A DNA stretch of 64,000 nucleotides from an uncultured Ruminiclostridium sp. (GCA_964636555.1 CAZWRZ010000013.1:116-64115), one strand, 5' to 3'. Numbered from the stretch's first letter, positions 17,575-27,533 are shown. Made by a program: numbers and translations. Notes: generated by a model from the letters alone, not told the origin.

Positions 17575-18237
17575 TTAAAATACGCTCCTTCTTTCGGGAT
17601 TGACACAGTAAACCAGATCCAGATTTTTTCTCAGCCCTTTAAAAAGCTGTTCTCCGCCGTGTTCTTTTCTGTACCTGATCTCCTCTCTGAACAGCGGGAT
17701 AAATTGGAAAAACTTCACGCTGCTGCCGTCCGAAAGCTTGCACAGACTGCTGTCCTCGGAAATGTCCACCTCGGGTTCAACAAGCAGCGCACCCATAAAT
17801 TTATTGAGCGGGTCGTAATACTTGGGCATCTCAATAACCGGAAATTCGCCGAAGCAGCAGTCCTTTTCCGCTGCCAGCTTTGCCGCATCTCTCAGCAAAT
17901 GCAGCGGCCAATATATCTCCTCGGTTTTTTCGTCCAAGGGCCAGTTCTTGTCAAGGGTGAGAATTAACTCAATTCTGTCGTGAAAATCCGCTTTAGCGTT
18001 CAAAGGTACGCTTGCAGGGGGATTTATCTTATGTGCGCCCAAGCCCGTTGTTACCAACGTGTAAAATGGCTTGGCGAAATTCGGCGGAATTATGGCGATA
18101 TCGGGATGAACGCCGGAGGAGGAGTAGTCACGGTAAAATGACTTTGTTTTTCCGTAGTGCTTTTTGATATACTTTTTCAATATATCGCTGTCCTTGTTGG
18201 AATAAAGCTCCTGTATGCCGGTTTCTTCTGTGCTCAT
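17575..18237 (-). CDS. Second, divergent SUFU-domain protein
   Basis: VHPDIAIIPP, YTLVTTGLGAHKINPP, RIELILTL, YWPLHLL, FFQFIPLFREE. Confidence 0.82.
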   Translation of the reverse strand: MSTEETGIQELYSNKDSDILKKYIKKHYGKTKSFYRDYSSSGVHPDIAIIPPNFAKPFYTLVTTGLGAHKINPPASVPLNAKADFHDRIELILTLDKNWPLDEKTEEIYWPLHLLRDAAKLAAEKDCCFGEFPVIEMPKYYDPLNKFMGALLVEPEVDISEDSSLCKLSDGSSVKFFQFIPLFREEIRYRKEHGGEQLFKGLRKNLDLVYCVNPERRSVF

Positions 18238-18309
18238 AATGATGTCCTTTCGTGTCTTGGGGGTTGCTGATTGTAAAAAAATCGGGAAAGCAGCAAATCA
18301 GCGGTTCAT

Positions 18310-19524
18310 TTACGCTTTCTTTATCTTCATCATGCTCTTTTTGCCTTTTTTAACAACAACATAATCCTTTATTTCGATCATCTCTGCGGGATCGGCAATC
18401 TTTTTGTCGTCAACGCTTGCTCCGCCCTGCTGAATAACCGTTCTTGCGTCGCGTTTTGACGGACACAAGCCCGACTTTACCAACAAGTCCGCAATGTTTA
18501 TCTTATCCTCTGTCAGATCCTCGGGGGCGAGAACATATTCGGGCATATTGTCGCTTACACCCTTTCCGCCGAACAGCGCCTTGGCTGCTTCCAGAGCCTT
18601 GTTTGCTTCCTCCTCGCCGTGTACCAGCTTGGTGAGCTCAAAGGCAAGTATCTCCTTGGCTCTGTTAAGCTGACTGCCTTCCCAGCTTTCCATAGCCTGT
18701 ATTTCCTCAACAGGCAGGAAGGTCAGCATTTTAAGGCACTTTATAACGTCAGCGTCCGCCACGTTTCTCCAATACTGGAAAAATTCGTAGGGAGGAGTTT
18801 TTTCGGGGTCAAGCCACACTGCGCCCTTTTCCGTCTTGCCCATTTTCTTGCCCTCGCTGTTGAGCAGCAGAGTAATGGTCATAGCGTGAGCGTCTTTGCC
18901 CAGCTTCTTTCTGATAAGCTCGGTACCGCCCAGCATATTCGCCCACTGGTCGTCGCCGCCGAACTGCATATTGCAGCCGTATTTCTGGAACAGCATGTAA
19001 AAGTCGTAGCTCTGCATTATCATATAGTTAAATTCAAGGAAGGTCAGACCTCTTTCCATTCTCTGCTTGTAGCATTCAAAGGTGAGCATTTTGTTTACCG
19101 AAAAGCAAGCGCCCACTTCTCTCAGAACATCTACATAGTTAAGGTTCAGAAGCCAATCCGCATTGTTCACCATAAGCGCCTTATCGTCGGAAAAATCGAT
19201 AAAGCGGGACATCTGCTTTTTAAAGCACTCGATGTTATGGTCTATATCCTCCTTGGTGAGCATTTTTCTCATATCCGATTTGCCCGAGGGGTCGCCTATC
19301 ATACCCGTTCCGCCGCCCAAAAGAGCTATGGGCTTGTTGCCCGCCATTTGCAGTCTCTTCATAAGGCACAGCGCCATAAAGTGACCTACATGGAGACTGT
19401 CGGCGGTGGGGTCAAAGCCGATATAAAATGTGGCTTTGCCCTCGTTTATCATCTTGCTTACTTCTTCCTCGTCGGTTACTTGTGCAATAAGTCCTCTTGC
19501 AACTAATTCGTCATACAGTTTCAT
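18310..19524 (-). CDS. tyrS: Tyrosine--tRNA ligase
   Basis: [13 protein letters not shown] (HIGH), [13 protein letters not shown] (KMSKS), C-terminal S4-like domain. Confidence 0.97.
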   Translation of the reverse strand: MKLYDELVARGLIAQVTDEEEVSKMINEGKATFYIGFDPTADSLHVGHFMALCLMKRLQMAGNKPIALLGGGTGMIGDPSGKSDMRKMLTKEDIDHNIECFKKQMSRFIDFSDDKALMVNNADWLLNLNYVDVLREVGACFSVNKMLTFECYKQRMERGLTFLEFNYMIMQSYDFYMLFQKYGCNMQFGGDDQWANMLGGTELIRKKLGKDAHAMTITLLLNSEGKKMGKTEKGAVWLDPEKTPPYEFFQYWRNVADADVIKCLKMLTFLPVEEIQAMESWEGSQLNRAKEILAFELTKLVHGEEEANKALEAAKALFGGKGVSDNMPEYVLAPEDLTEDKINIADLLVKSGLCPSKRDARTVIQQGGASVDDKKIADPAEMIEIKDYVVVKKGKKSMMKIKKA

Positions 19525-19571
19525 TTTGTTCTCCTATTATTTTTATTTTAGTGTATTTTGTTTGTTTGAAT

Positions 19572-20036
19572 TTACAGCTTTTTCTCCATAAGCAGCTTAT
19601 CTTCAAAAAAGCCCATTTCCCTGTCAAAGGCAACTGCCTCTGTGTTATCGGAGTTTACTATAAGTCTTACACAATCGCATTGTATGGAGCGTGCCGCATC
19701 ACATACCTTGTCCATAAGCTCTCTGCCTATGCCCTGTCTCCGTGCATTTTCCGCAACGGAAAACTGATTGATATGGCATATCCTGCGGGGAGTTTCATCG
19801 GGCTGGGTGGTATTGAACGCCTTAAACACCACATAGCCGTCTACTCCCTTTTCTCCCTGATGTACAAGGGTTATCCATTCGTCGCTGTTCAGTATATCGG
19901 TCATATTGTCACGGTAAAGACTTTCGTTCTCGGGAATGCAGAATGCTTCCGGCTTCAGCCTGACATGGTGCTCATGCAGCTCCTTGTACAATGCGCAAAG
20001 CTGTTCAAGATCGCTCATTTCGGCTACTCTTATCAT
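19572..20036 (-). CDS. GNAT family N-acetyltransferase
   Basis: FSVAENARRQGIGRELM, NTEAVAF. Confidence 0.9.
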   Translation of the reverse strand: MIRVAEMSDLEQLCALYKELHEHHVRLKPEAFCIPENESLYRDNMTDILNSDEWITLVHQGEKGVDGYVVFKAFNTTQPDETPRRICHINQFSVAENARRQGIGRELMDKVCDAARSIQCDCVRLIVNSDNTEAVAFDREMGFFEDKLLMEKKL

Positions 20037-20052
20037 AAATGCTCCTTTCAGC

Positions 20053-20511
20053 TCAGATACTCTGAGCCATAATTATTGTTCTGGGTAAAAGACCTATTTT
20101 TTCATAAAAGCTTCTTGCGTTTTCGTTTTCGGCGTCAACACCAAGCCGGACTGCGTTACAGCCCATTTCCTTTGCATACTCTTTAATGCCTTCAAAAAGC
20201 TTTTTCCCGATCCCTTTATGCCTTTCCCTTTCATCAACGCCAAAGCAGTCGATAAAGCACACTCTTCCCGATACCTTTTCTTCGCCGTTTACCTCAATAA
20301 TTCTGAAAAGGGCGTAGGCGTCGGCGGTTCCGTTGTCGTTTATCAAAATCACAGAATTGCTGTCCGCCAAAATTTCCGAGATCTTCTCCTCAAAAAATTC
20401 CTCTCTTGGCATAATGTGCTTGTGGGGAGCAATCTTGCAGTGATATTGATGAAGCTGCTTAAAAAGCCTTACTATTTGTTCTTTATCTTCAAAATTTGCC
20501 TTTCTTATCAT
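20053..20511 (-). CDS. GNAT family N-acetyltransferase (paralog of 19572-20036)
   Basis: Start MIRKANFED with GAAGGAG SD; FGVDERERHKGIGKKLF, NENARSFYEKIG. Confidence 0.9.
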   Translation of the reverse strand: MIRKANFEDKEQIVRLFKQLHQYHCKIAPHKHIMPREEFFEEKISEILADSNSVILINDNGTADAYALFRIIEVNGEEKVSGRVCFIDCFGVDERERHKGIGKKLFEGIKEYAKEMGCNAVRLGVDAENENARSFYEKIGLLPRTIIMAQSI

Positions 20512-20523
20512 AAATACTCCTTC

Positions 20524-20686
20524 AGAACCTGTCTTCACAAGATATTGCACGCGTCTTTTCGGCAAATTTTGCCGCGTACCGCGTTGGAAAGCCTTGAAAT
20601 ACGTCAAGTATTCCTGCGGCTTTCCGCCTTGTCCTCGACAAAATTTGCTCGAAAATGCATGCACAAATCTTGTGAAGACAGGTTCT
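20524..20686. mobile_element. 163-bp palindromic MITE-like element, family 2 copy 1
   Basis: Perfect 20-bp terminal inverted repeats AGAACCTGTCTTCACAAGAT (20524-20543/20667-20686); internal TTGAAATAC-N5-GTATTCCTGCGG; no clear target duplication. Confidence 0.75.
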
Positions 20687-20799
20687 TATAATTATTTTTC
20701 GGAGCATTTACCGTAATCGATGGAATTTTTGACAAATTCCACTGATAACACCTTCTTTCAAGTTTATATCTTTTTATATAATTTTTATATCATTCTTCA

Positions 20800-21140
20800 A
20801 CAAAACCCCCCAACAGAAAAATCTGTCGGAGGGCGAATCAACTCGCGGTACCACCTCGGTTTACGGCAAAAGCCGCCTCATTAACGGCGGGAATTTCAAA
20901 GGAGCTTTGATTTTTCAAAAATCAAAAATATTCCTCACCGCTTTAAGCTGTAACGGGCTTACCCGTATTTTGCTATTGCAATGCCTTTATCGGGCTGTTA
21001 TCGGCAAGCCACGGCACCCTTTCTCACAAAATCACTCGGAAATGTATTTCGCCGCCTTACGCCGCCCTTTTCCACCTGCCAAGGGCTCTCTGTGGGTTTA
21101 TCTCGGTTACTTCTTTTCCTCATCGTTTTACTGTGTATTA
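20800..21140 (-). promoter_or_regulatory. T-box riboswitch, Tyr specifier
   Basis: AGAGA and GGTGGAA stem I motifs, GAAA-TAC-A specifier (21044-21046), T-box GAGGTGGTACCGCG (20844-20857), terminator with U tract; promoter TTGACA(21169-21174)-17-TAAACT. Confidence 0.92.
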
Positions 21141-21260
21141 AACTTAGTTTATCATAAAAGTGAACTTTTGTCAACATGGACTATAAAATTTGGCGATTTT
21201 TATATTGCAAAATGCCTTATGAAATGTTATACTGATATTAAAACAAAAAGGGGGTATGAC

Positions 21261-22010
21261 ATGACCGCAGAAAAAACCACCCCAAAACGTTACCGCCATG
21301 AAATGAAATACATAATAAACAGCGGATACTATCACATTCTCCGCAGCAGACTGAAAGCGGCAATGAAGCCCGATCCACACGGAGACAACGGCGTTTATCG
21401 GATCACAAGCCTTTATTTTGACGATATTTTCCGCACAGCCTATAACGATAAGCTTTTGGGACTTGACGTGAGAAAGAAATACCGAGTCAGGTATTACAGC
21501 CTGTCCCCCTCGGTGATACGACTTGAGGTCAAGGAAAAGAAGGGGGAAATGGTCTGCAAAAGAAGTGTCCCTTTGAGCTATGAGGAATACCAAAACATGC
21601 TGGAAGGCAATGCGGAGTTTTTCAATAAGGAAAGCTTTAGCGGCACTGCAGGCGAGGAGTTTTATATATCTAACAATCTCACCGCCCTTTCTCCCGCCGT
21701 ATTGGTGGACTATGTAAGGGAAGCGTACATCTGCCCCGCTGGAAATGTGCGCATAACCTTTGACAGCAGTCTGAAAACCTCTCTTCACGCCGATCCTTTA
21801 GGCGCTTTGGGCAAAGGTGCGGATTTTATAAATGTCTTTAACGGCGGCGAAATAATATTGGAGGTAAAGTACGACAGCTTTATTCCCTCCTATATTCAGG
21901 AGTTGTTAAGCGGAGTGCCTTTAACAAGGGAATCCGTATCAAAATTTGTTTTATGCAGCGATAAGCTGACGGAGGTGTCAAAATGCAGTTACTGTCAAAA
22001 AATATCTTAG
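21261..22010 (+). CDS. VTC (polyphosphate polymerase) domain protein
   Basis: RHEMKY, YRITSLYFDD, RKKYRVRYY, IRLEVKEK, VDYVREAY, VRITFD, ILEVKY, SKF. Confidence 0.9.
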   Translation: MTAEKTTPKRYRHEMKYIINSGYYHILRSRLKAAMKPDPHGDNGVYRITSLYFDDIFRTAYNDKLLGLDVRKKYRVRYYSLSPSVIRLEVKEKKGEMVCKRSVPLSYEEYQNMLEGNAEFFNKESFSGTAGEEFYISNNLTALSPAVLVDYVREAYICPAGNVRITFDSSLKTSLHADPLGALGKGADFINVFNGGEIILEVKYDSFIPSYIQELLSGVPLTRESVSKFVLCSDKLTEVSKCSYCQKIS

Positions 22011-22666
22011 AGCAATTAGGCGAAAGCTTTGATCTTTCAAATCAGCTTGCCAATCTTTCCCTGCCTCATATTCTGGTGTCGATGGGGGCTGCCGCTGTCT
22101 GCGGTATTATTATCTATCTTGTGTACCGTTTCTTTTACAGAGGAGTGGTGTACAGCGACAATTTCAACATTCTGCTTATAATGATAACGGTCATTACTTC
22201 CTTTATCATAATGACCATAAGTGCAAATATAGTGCTGTCTCTCGGTATGGTGGGCGCGCTGTCTATCGTCCGTTTCCGTTCGGCGGTAAAGGATCCTCTC
22301 GATATCGGTTTTCTGTTCTGGGGCATTGCCTCGGGTCTGACCTGCGGAGCGGGGCTGTATTTCGTTTCCTTGGTGGGAACGGTGCTTATTGCGGTTTTGT
22401 ATATTGTACTCCATTTCTGCAAAAAGGAAAAGAAAAGCTATCTTTTGATCCTGCGCTACTCCGACAGTGCCGAGGAGCAGGTAAATTCCATGCTGTCGGG
22501 AATGAAATACAAGCTTAAGAGCAAGACCCTTTCGGGAGAGGAAACAGAGCTGACTATCGAGATAAAGGTAAACAAAAACGACACCTCCGAAGCGGCAAGA
22601 TTCAAGACTGTCAACGGGGTCAAGGGCGTTACCTTGCTGGAATACAGCGGAGAATATATGAATTGA
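21983..22666 (+). CDS. DUF4956 membrane protein
   Basis: SLGMVGALSIVRFRSAVKDPLDIGFLFWGIASGL. Confidence 0.92.
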   Translation: MQLLSKNILEQLGESFDLSNQLANLSLPHILVSMGAAAVCGIIIYLVYRFFYRGVVYSDNFNILLIMITVITSFIIMTISANIVLSLGMVGALSIVRFRSAVKDPLDIGFLFWGIASGLTCGAGLYFVSLVGTVLIAVLYIVLHFCKKEKKSYLLILRYSDSAEEQVNSMLSGMKYKLKSKTLSGEETELTIEIKVNKNDTSEAARFKTVNGVKGVTLLEYSGEYMN

Positions 22667-22680
22667 TTTTTTAAAATAAT

Positions 22681-22710
22681 GAGGGCTGTAAAAAATGCAG
22701 CCCTTTTTAA
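22681..22710. terminator. Bidirectional terminator hairpin
   Basis: AGGGCTGTAAAAAATGCAGCCCTTTTT between convergent genes. Confidence 0.75.
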
Positions 22711-23081
22711 TTCACTCCAAACACTCCCCCAACCGCTCCAACTATCCAGCACACCAAGGCTTTCCCGATAAATCCGCCAAAAGAGACGTCCCCAAAGGCA
22801 ACGCCAAGCACAAGACTTATCAGCAGCAGCCCGCTGCCACAAAGCAAGCCCTGTTTTATTCCCTCGCGTTTTTTCTGCTTACCCAAAGCAAACCCGCCCG
22901 CAAAGCAGCCAAAGGACAGTGCCAGCAAGCCTAAAAAGTAACTCCATTCCACAGGAAACTGCATTATCCACATAATAAGCGAAAGGAACAAAAGCACAGC
23001 AAGGCACACCGCTCCCCCTACGGCAAGCGACAGCAAAAAGGGCAGAAACAGGTGCCTTTTCAGCGATTTAAATTTTTTCAT
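22707..23081 (-). CDS. TIGR04086-like small membrane protein
   Basis: Four TM helices, GGFALGK...KREGIKQGLLCG, GAVGGVFGVN end. Confidence 0.8.
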   Translation of the reverse strand: MKKFKSLKRHLFLPFLLSLAVGGAVCLAVLLFLSLIMWIMQFPVEWSYFLGLLALSFGCFAGGFALGKQKKREGIKQGLLCGSGLLLISLVLGVAFGDVSFGGFIGKALVCWIVGAVGGVFGVN

Positions 23082-23169
23082 AATTCCCCCAAATTTTTTG
23101 ATAGAATGTCTTGTACATTTTATGCAGGTTGGGGGAATTTATGTTTTTGCAAAGTGAAAGAATGTTTAG

Positions 23170-23533
23170 CTTATTTTATGCTCCCAAGAAACTTGTGCTG
23201 ATTTATAGTTCTCTCAGGAAAGCTGGCGGTAATTTGCTGATTTAAACAGAATTTCAAAACCGACAAGATTTAAAAGATTTCCGGTACTAATCCCTTTTAA
23301 AACTGTGGGATTAGTACGAAAAGCTGGGAAATTTTTAAATCTTGTCTATCTAACTGAGTTCGAATTTTTTGCTTGAAAAATTGGGCAAAAATCCGAACTC
23401 AGTTGATTTTTGAAATTCGTGCTGTCAGGGCAGTTGTGCTGATCGGCATCCGCTTTTAGAAGGCTTGTGCCGATTTTTTACCGTTCTGTTAAGAAACTTG
23501 ATATAAAATAGGGGCTGTCTTTTTTACAGCCCC
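23170..23533 (+). repeat. Modular intergenic element, family 1 copy C
   Basis: Core 23237-23428; hairpin 1 has an extra GTACTAATCCC/GGGATTAGTAC hairpin inserted in its loop; GGGGCTGT palindrome at the right end. Confidence 0.93.
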
Positions 23534-23547
23534 TTTTATATTACACT

Positions 23548-24984
23548 TTACTTCTCCCCCAAATACTCCGCCAGCATTAAATCCACTATACGTCCGTAGC
23601 TCTTAGTGCCGTCCGTCTGATTGTTTGCTTTTAGGTAAGTATCATTCACCACAGAAGAAACCTTATAGGTCACCTTCTTCTGATAAGGCGACCAATATTC
23701 GTTCCTGTAAGCATATTCGTTAAGAATTACCGAGGACAGCTTTCCGCATACCTCATAGTATTCCTCGCTTGAAACCGCTCCGTGCAGTGCGTTAAGCGCG
23801 TAGGTCAATGCGCCTAAATATCCGCTGTATCTGAAATAAGTGCTTTCGCTTTCACGGCACGCCATAAATGCGATAAAGTTTGCCTCATCTTCACGGATAA
23901 AGCCGCTTAAATGGCTCAGCTCGTGGCAAGCGGTAAAGCCTTGCGAGGATACGGGCATTGCCTGGTTGAAGTTTGCCTCTACCGTAACGGGGAAGTATAT
24001 CCCCGCTAAGTTGAAGCTTGACATAAGATCGGAGCAAAGCACTCCCTTTGGCTGGGGGTAGTAGGTTTTAAGCACCTCGTACTTTTCGCCCAAGCTTTCC
24101 ATTGCCTTCACTGCATATTTGTTGAAGTCCCAAGGCTTAACGGGTCTGCCTTCGCCGTCAAGATCCACCCTTTCGGCGATCTCATTGGCTTGGTCTATCA
24201 GATAAAGGGTAAGCTCCTTAAGTTCATCGGCGGTATATTCCCTTAAAGTAAGTCCGCTGTACTGCGAAAAGGGTGTGCGGTTATAGCCCACAAGACAGTT
24301 GAAGGTAACCGTGAGAAACAGCGCCGCCGCAATAACCTCCGCCCAAGAAAATCCGTTAAGGAACGCCTTTATTCGCCGCCCCTTGTGCTTTACCGTATGT
24401 CTGACAAGGAAAACCAGTCCCGTCAACGCTCCCGCAATTACAAGCACCACAAGGATTTCAGCGCAGGAAAAGGGAAATACTCCCCAAATACGTGAGCCTA
24501 TCCCCGAAAAAACAGGGTAAACGTTAAAGCAGAACCAATCCGCAAAATCCCGGCTTGCCCTGCTGATAAACAGCACCAATAGCGCAGCTGCCAAAACGGC
24601 TCCCGCAATGATATGACGGGAAAGGTTCAGCTTAACGGGCTTTTTTTCCTCCGCCTTAATAATATCGGGAGCAATAAACTCGCCCTCTGCCGTTTCCTGC
24701 GGGTTTTCATAGGCGGGTATTATGTCGGCGGCATTTATGTTGTTTTCGGTATTTTCCGCAGCTCCCTCGAGGGGATTTATTAGGTCGGAATGGCTGTTTT
24801 CCTTGTGTTTTTCTTCAACCGGAATTGCGGTAAGAGCAATATTGCCGTCCGCGACTTTTTCTTCAACCAATTTTATGTTTGCGGCACTGTTTTCCTCATT
24901 GCTTACAGGGACGTTTCCCGAAAGCTTTTCCGTTCCTGCCTTAGCGTCGGCAGCTTTTCTGCTGTTTTTACTTTTTCCCGACAT
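23548..24984 (-). CDS. DUF3810-family membrane protein (zincin-like HExxH) with an acidic N-terminal extension
   Basis: GIYFPVTVEANFN, FTACHELSHLSGFIREDEANFIAF, SYGRIVDLML. Confidence 0.88.
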   Translation of the reverse strand: MSGKSKNSRKAADAKAGTEKLSGNVPVSNEENSAANIKLVEEKVADGNIALTAIPVEEKHKENSHSDLINPLEGAAENTENNINAADIIPAYENPQETAEGEFIAPDIIKAEEKKPVKLNLSRHIIAGAVLAAALLVLFISRASRDFADWFCFNVYPVFSGIGSRIWGVFPFSCAEILVVLVIAGALTGLVFLVRHTVKHKGRRIKAFLNGFSWAEVIAAALFLTVTFNCLVGYNRTPFSQYSGLTLREYTADELKELTLYLIDQANEIAERVDLDGEGRPVKPWDFNKYAVKAMESLGEKYEVLKTYYPQPKGVLCSDLMSSFNLAGIYFPVTVEANFNQAMPVSSQGFTACHELSHLSGFIREDEANFIAFMACRESESTYFRYSGYLGALTYALNALHGAVSSEEYYEVCGKLSSVILNEYAYRNEYWSPYQKKVTYKVSSVVNDTYLKANNQTDGTKSYGRIVDLMLAEYLGEK

Positions 24985-25015
24985 CTGAATCTCCTTTAAT
25001 TGGGATTATTTTGGC

Positions 25016-26365
25016 TTATTCAATTACTCCGATTCCGCAAAGTCCGTAGGATAAACCTTTCTCGCTTGGAGCTATTTTAATTTCCACAGTATGCTGCCCT
25101 CCGTTTCCGCTCCATGCTAAATCAGCCTCGGGATTGCCCCAGCCGCCCGATTTGTTTGAAGGAAGGGTATTCGCAAGCTCGCCGTCAACGTATACCTCTG
25201 CGTCCGCAAAGCCGGCGGAATTGTTGCATCTGAATACCAAAAACAGAGTTTTAAAATCGGCTGTAAAGGTAAGGGAAGCCCCTTCCTTTCCTCTGTATGT
25301 CCAGCCGTTTTTAAAGGTGGCAATTACATTATCCGTCTCGTCAAAGCCCTCAACCTTGGTAACGTTCATCTGATCTCTTTCCAAAAGCTTTACCTCGGAA
25401 TACTCGGTACTGTTAAGCGCCGTATCGGGAATAGCCGAGGGTTCGGGAGCGTCCTCTGCCTGAGCCTTTTCGTTGACCTTGTTGATGTAATTCATAATAA
25501 AGTCCTTAACAAGCTCGTGACCCCAGATATTAGGGTGGGACTGATCATCGGAATACTTGGTCCACTCCATAAGACCTGCGTCAAACATAGGGTTAATGGC
25601 ATTTCCTACGCTTACCATGGGAAGGTTGTAGTGTTCGCCTATGGCAGACATGTGTTCCTGACAGGAATATCTGTTTTCCAGAACGGTAAACAGCAGCGCA
25701 ACGGCAGGGTTGTTTTCCTTTTCAAGGCACTTCTTGACAAGGCTTTCGTAGCAATCCTTGTACATCTGATCTGTTCCGTCGTTGACTGCAAATTCTATAA
25801 ATACGATATCGGGGGTGTAATCTTTAAAAAGATCTCTCTCGGCTCTTACAACTCCCAGAATAGAGGGAGTGCCGCTAAGCCCCGCATTGACATAGTTGAT
25901 CTTGGTATTGGGGAACATTTCGCAAAGAGCGTTGTAGGTAAGCTTTGCCCAGCAAGCGTCGGCGCCTGCGGTAAGTCCCTCGGTGATAGAGCCGCCGATA
26001 AAGCCAACGGTGATTTCTTCTCCTGCCTGAGCCTTTTTCAGCACCCTTGCCATACGGGAGGTATCGCCCTCGGTCATAAAGCTGTGCTCGATCATGTATT
26101 CTCTTTGCTGCTCCTCGGTGAGGTTTTTGTCGGGGAGGTCTTTGTTGTCGGTGCCGTTATTGTTGTCCTCGGTATTATCGCCGCTGTTGTCATCTGTGCT
26201 GCTGCCTTCTCCTTCGGTAACCGAGCCTTCGCCGGTTGCGGCAACGGTATCGGAGCCGTTATTTTCGGAGGTGTTAGAGGGAGTACCTGCCCCGCCGTCA
26301 CAGCCGCTTGTTAAAAGCAGCGCGGCGGCGAGGGTCAGTGTTATAAGTCTTTTTTTCATATTCAT
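25016..26365 (-). CDS. SGNH/GDSL hydrolase family lipoprotein
   Basis: Lipobox LTSGC, FIGGSITEG, NAGLSG, EFAVND, DQSHPN catalytic blocks. Confidence 0.88.
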   Translation of the reverse strand: MNMKKRLITLTLAAALLLTSGCDGGAGTPSNTSENNGSDTVAATGEGSVTEGEGSSTDDNSGDNTEDNNNGTDNKDLPDKNLTEEQQREYMIEHSFMTEGDTSRMARVLKKAQAGEEITVGFIGGSITEGLTAGADACWAKLTYNALCEMFPNTKINYVNAGLSGTPSILGVVRAERDLFKDYTPDIVFIEFAVNDGTDQMYKDCYESLVKKCLEKENNPAVALLFTVLENRYSCQEHMSAIGEHYNLPMVSVGNAINPMFDAGLMEWTKYSDDQSHPNIWGHELVKDFIMNYINKVNEKAQAEDAPEPSAIPDTALNSTEYSEVKLLERDQMNVTKVEGFDETDNVIATFKNGWTYRGKEGASLTFTADFKTLFLVFRCNNSAGFADAEVYVDGELANTLPSNKSGGWGNPEADLAWSGNGGQHTVEIKIAPSEKGLSYGLCGIGVIE

Positions 26366-26433
26366 GTATTTGTCCTTTCCAAAGAGGCAGTCTTTTGTTA
26401 AGCCTCGATTTTGCTTTGTTTTGAGTTTGTCTG

Positions 26434-26673
26434 TTATGAATAAAAGTAACGGTTTATATCCTCCTCGGACATACCGTTCTTGCGGAGCATTTCTATGATC
26501 AATATTCTTTCTTCTGCTCTTCCTTCGTTCTTAGCATGAGCAATAGCGGAAATATCGTCTCTGAGCCACTTTTCTCTAAGTCTTGCCATTTCTCTGACCT
26601 TTTCGTCCTCGCTCATTTCGTGAAGTATTACCACTGCTTTATTTATTTCGGGTACGCAGGTTTCCTTTTGCAT
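26434..26673 (-). CDS. Stand-alone duplicate of the Rpn C-terminal domain (79 aa)
   Basis: MQKETCVPEINKAVV... nearly identical to the last about 99 aa of the upstream gene; own GAGGAG SD. Confidence 0.8.
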   Translation of the reverse strand: MQKETCVPEINKAVVILHEMSEDEKVREMARLREKWLRDDISAIAHAKNEGRAEERILIIEMLRKNGMSEEDINRYFYS

Positions 26674-26687
26674 AATAATGCTCCTCA

Positions 26688-27533
26688 TTATGAATAAAAG
26701 TAACGCTTTATATCTTCTTCAGTCATGCCGTTCTTGCGAAGCATTTCTATGATCGATATTCTTTCTTCTGCTCTTCCTTCTGCTTTTCCTTCTGCTCTTC
26801 CTTCCGCTCTTCCTTCCGCTCTTCCTTCCGCTTTTCCTTCGTTCTTAGCATGAGCAATAGCGGAAATATCGTCTCTGAGCCACTTTTCTCTAAGTCTTGC
26901 CATTTCTCTGACCTTTTCGTCCTCGCTCATTTCGTGAAGTATCACTACTGCTTTATTTATTTCGGGTACGCCGGTTTCCTTAAGCATAGTCAATTCCTCC
27001 TCTGTTTCCGCATTTAACAGCTGTAACCATAATTCCTTGCGGTTGTTTTTGTTGATATTTTTATTTACCTTTTTCAGTTCAAAGAAAAGCAAAGCGCACT
27101 TTTCTGTCAGCACTTCATGTCTTTTTGTTTCCAAAAGCTTAAAGGTAGAATAAGCCTCATCACATTCAAATAAATTAAAATTCAGTATATTTATGCAGAC
27201 CGTCTGCTTTAATTCGGTATAGGGATCGCCTTTTTTAAGCTCATCGGAGTACAGCTTGGACCAATAGAACAAGGTTCTGTCCTTATAATCGCCTTTGTTT
27301 TGCATCTGAAGCTCCACATTGACAATCTTTTCGTCCACCATCATCTTGATGTCCAGCTGTCCCTGCTTTCCCTCGTAATAGGCGGGCAGTAATTCGGGAT
27401 TAAGAACCTCTAAATTCTGGATCCCGCCTTTGGGGATATCAAGAAGTGCACCGATGAAATCCGTAAGGACATCAAGGTCGCTTAAAAACAGTTTTTTGAA
27501 GATTATGTCCAGCTTTGCGCTTATTACGTCCAT
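26688..27533 (-). CDS. Rpn-family PD-(D/E)XK nuclease (so-called transposase_31) with GRAE repeats
   Basis: KLDIIFKKLF, LDIKMMVDEKIVNVELQ, RTLFYWSKLY, YTELKQTVCINIL, FFELKK, EGRAEG repeats. Confidence 0.92.
   Translation of the reverse strand: MDVISAKLDIIFKKLFLSDLDVLTDFIGALLDIPKGGIQNLEVLNPELLPAYYEGKQGQLDIKMMVDEKIVNVELQMQNKGDYKDRTLFYWSKLYSDELKKGDPYTELKQTVCINILNFNLFECDEAYSTFKLLETKRHEVLTEKCALLFFELKKVNKNINKNNRKELWLQLLNAETEEELTMLKETGVPEINKAVVILHEMSEDEKVREMARLREKWLRDDISAIAHAKNEGKAEGRAEGRAEGRAEGKAEGRAEERISIIEMLRKNGMTEEDIKRYFYS

Noticed and set aside
10234-18237. Accessory islet as a prophage or ICE
   Set aside because: No integrase, structural, replication or conjugation genes and no att repeats seen.
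20512-20664. 51-aa N-terminal extension of the GNAT ORF (and similar ORF 50125-50352)
   Set aside because: Chance read-through of the palindromic element; the real start has a good SD at 20511.
26688-27533. Rpn gene as an IS transposase
   Set aside because: No terminal repeats or target duplication; the family name is historical.
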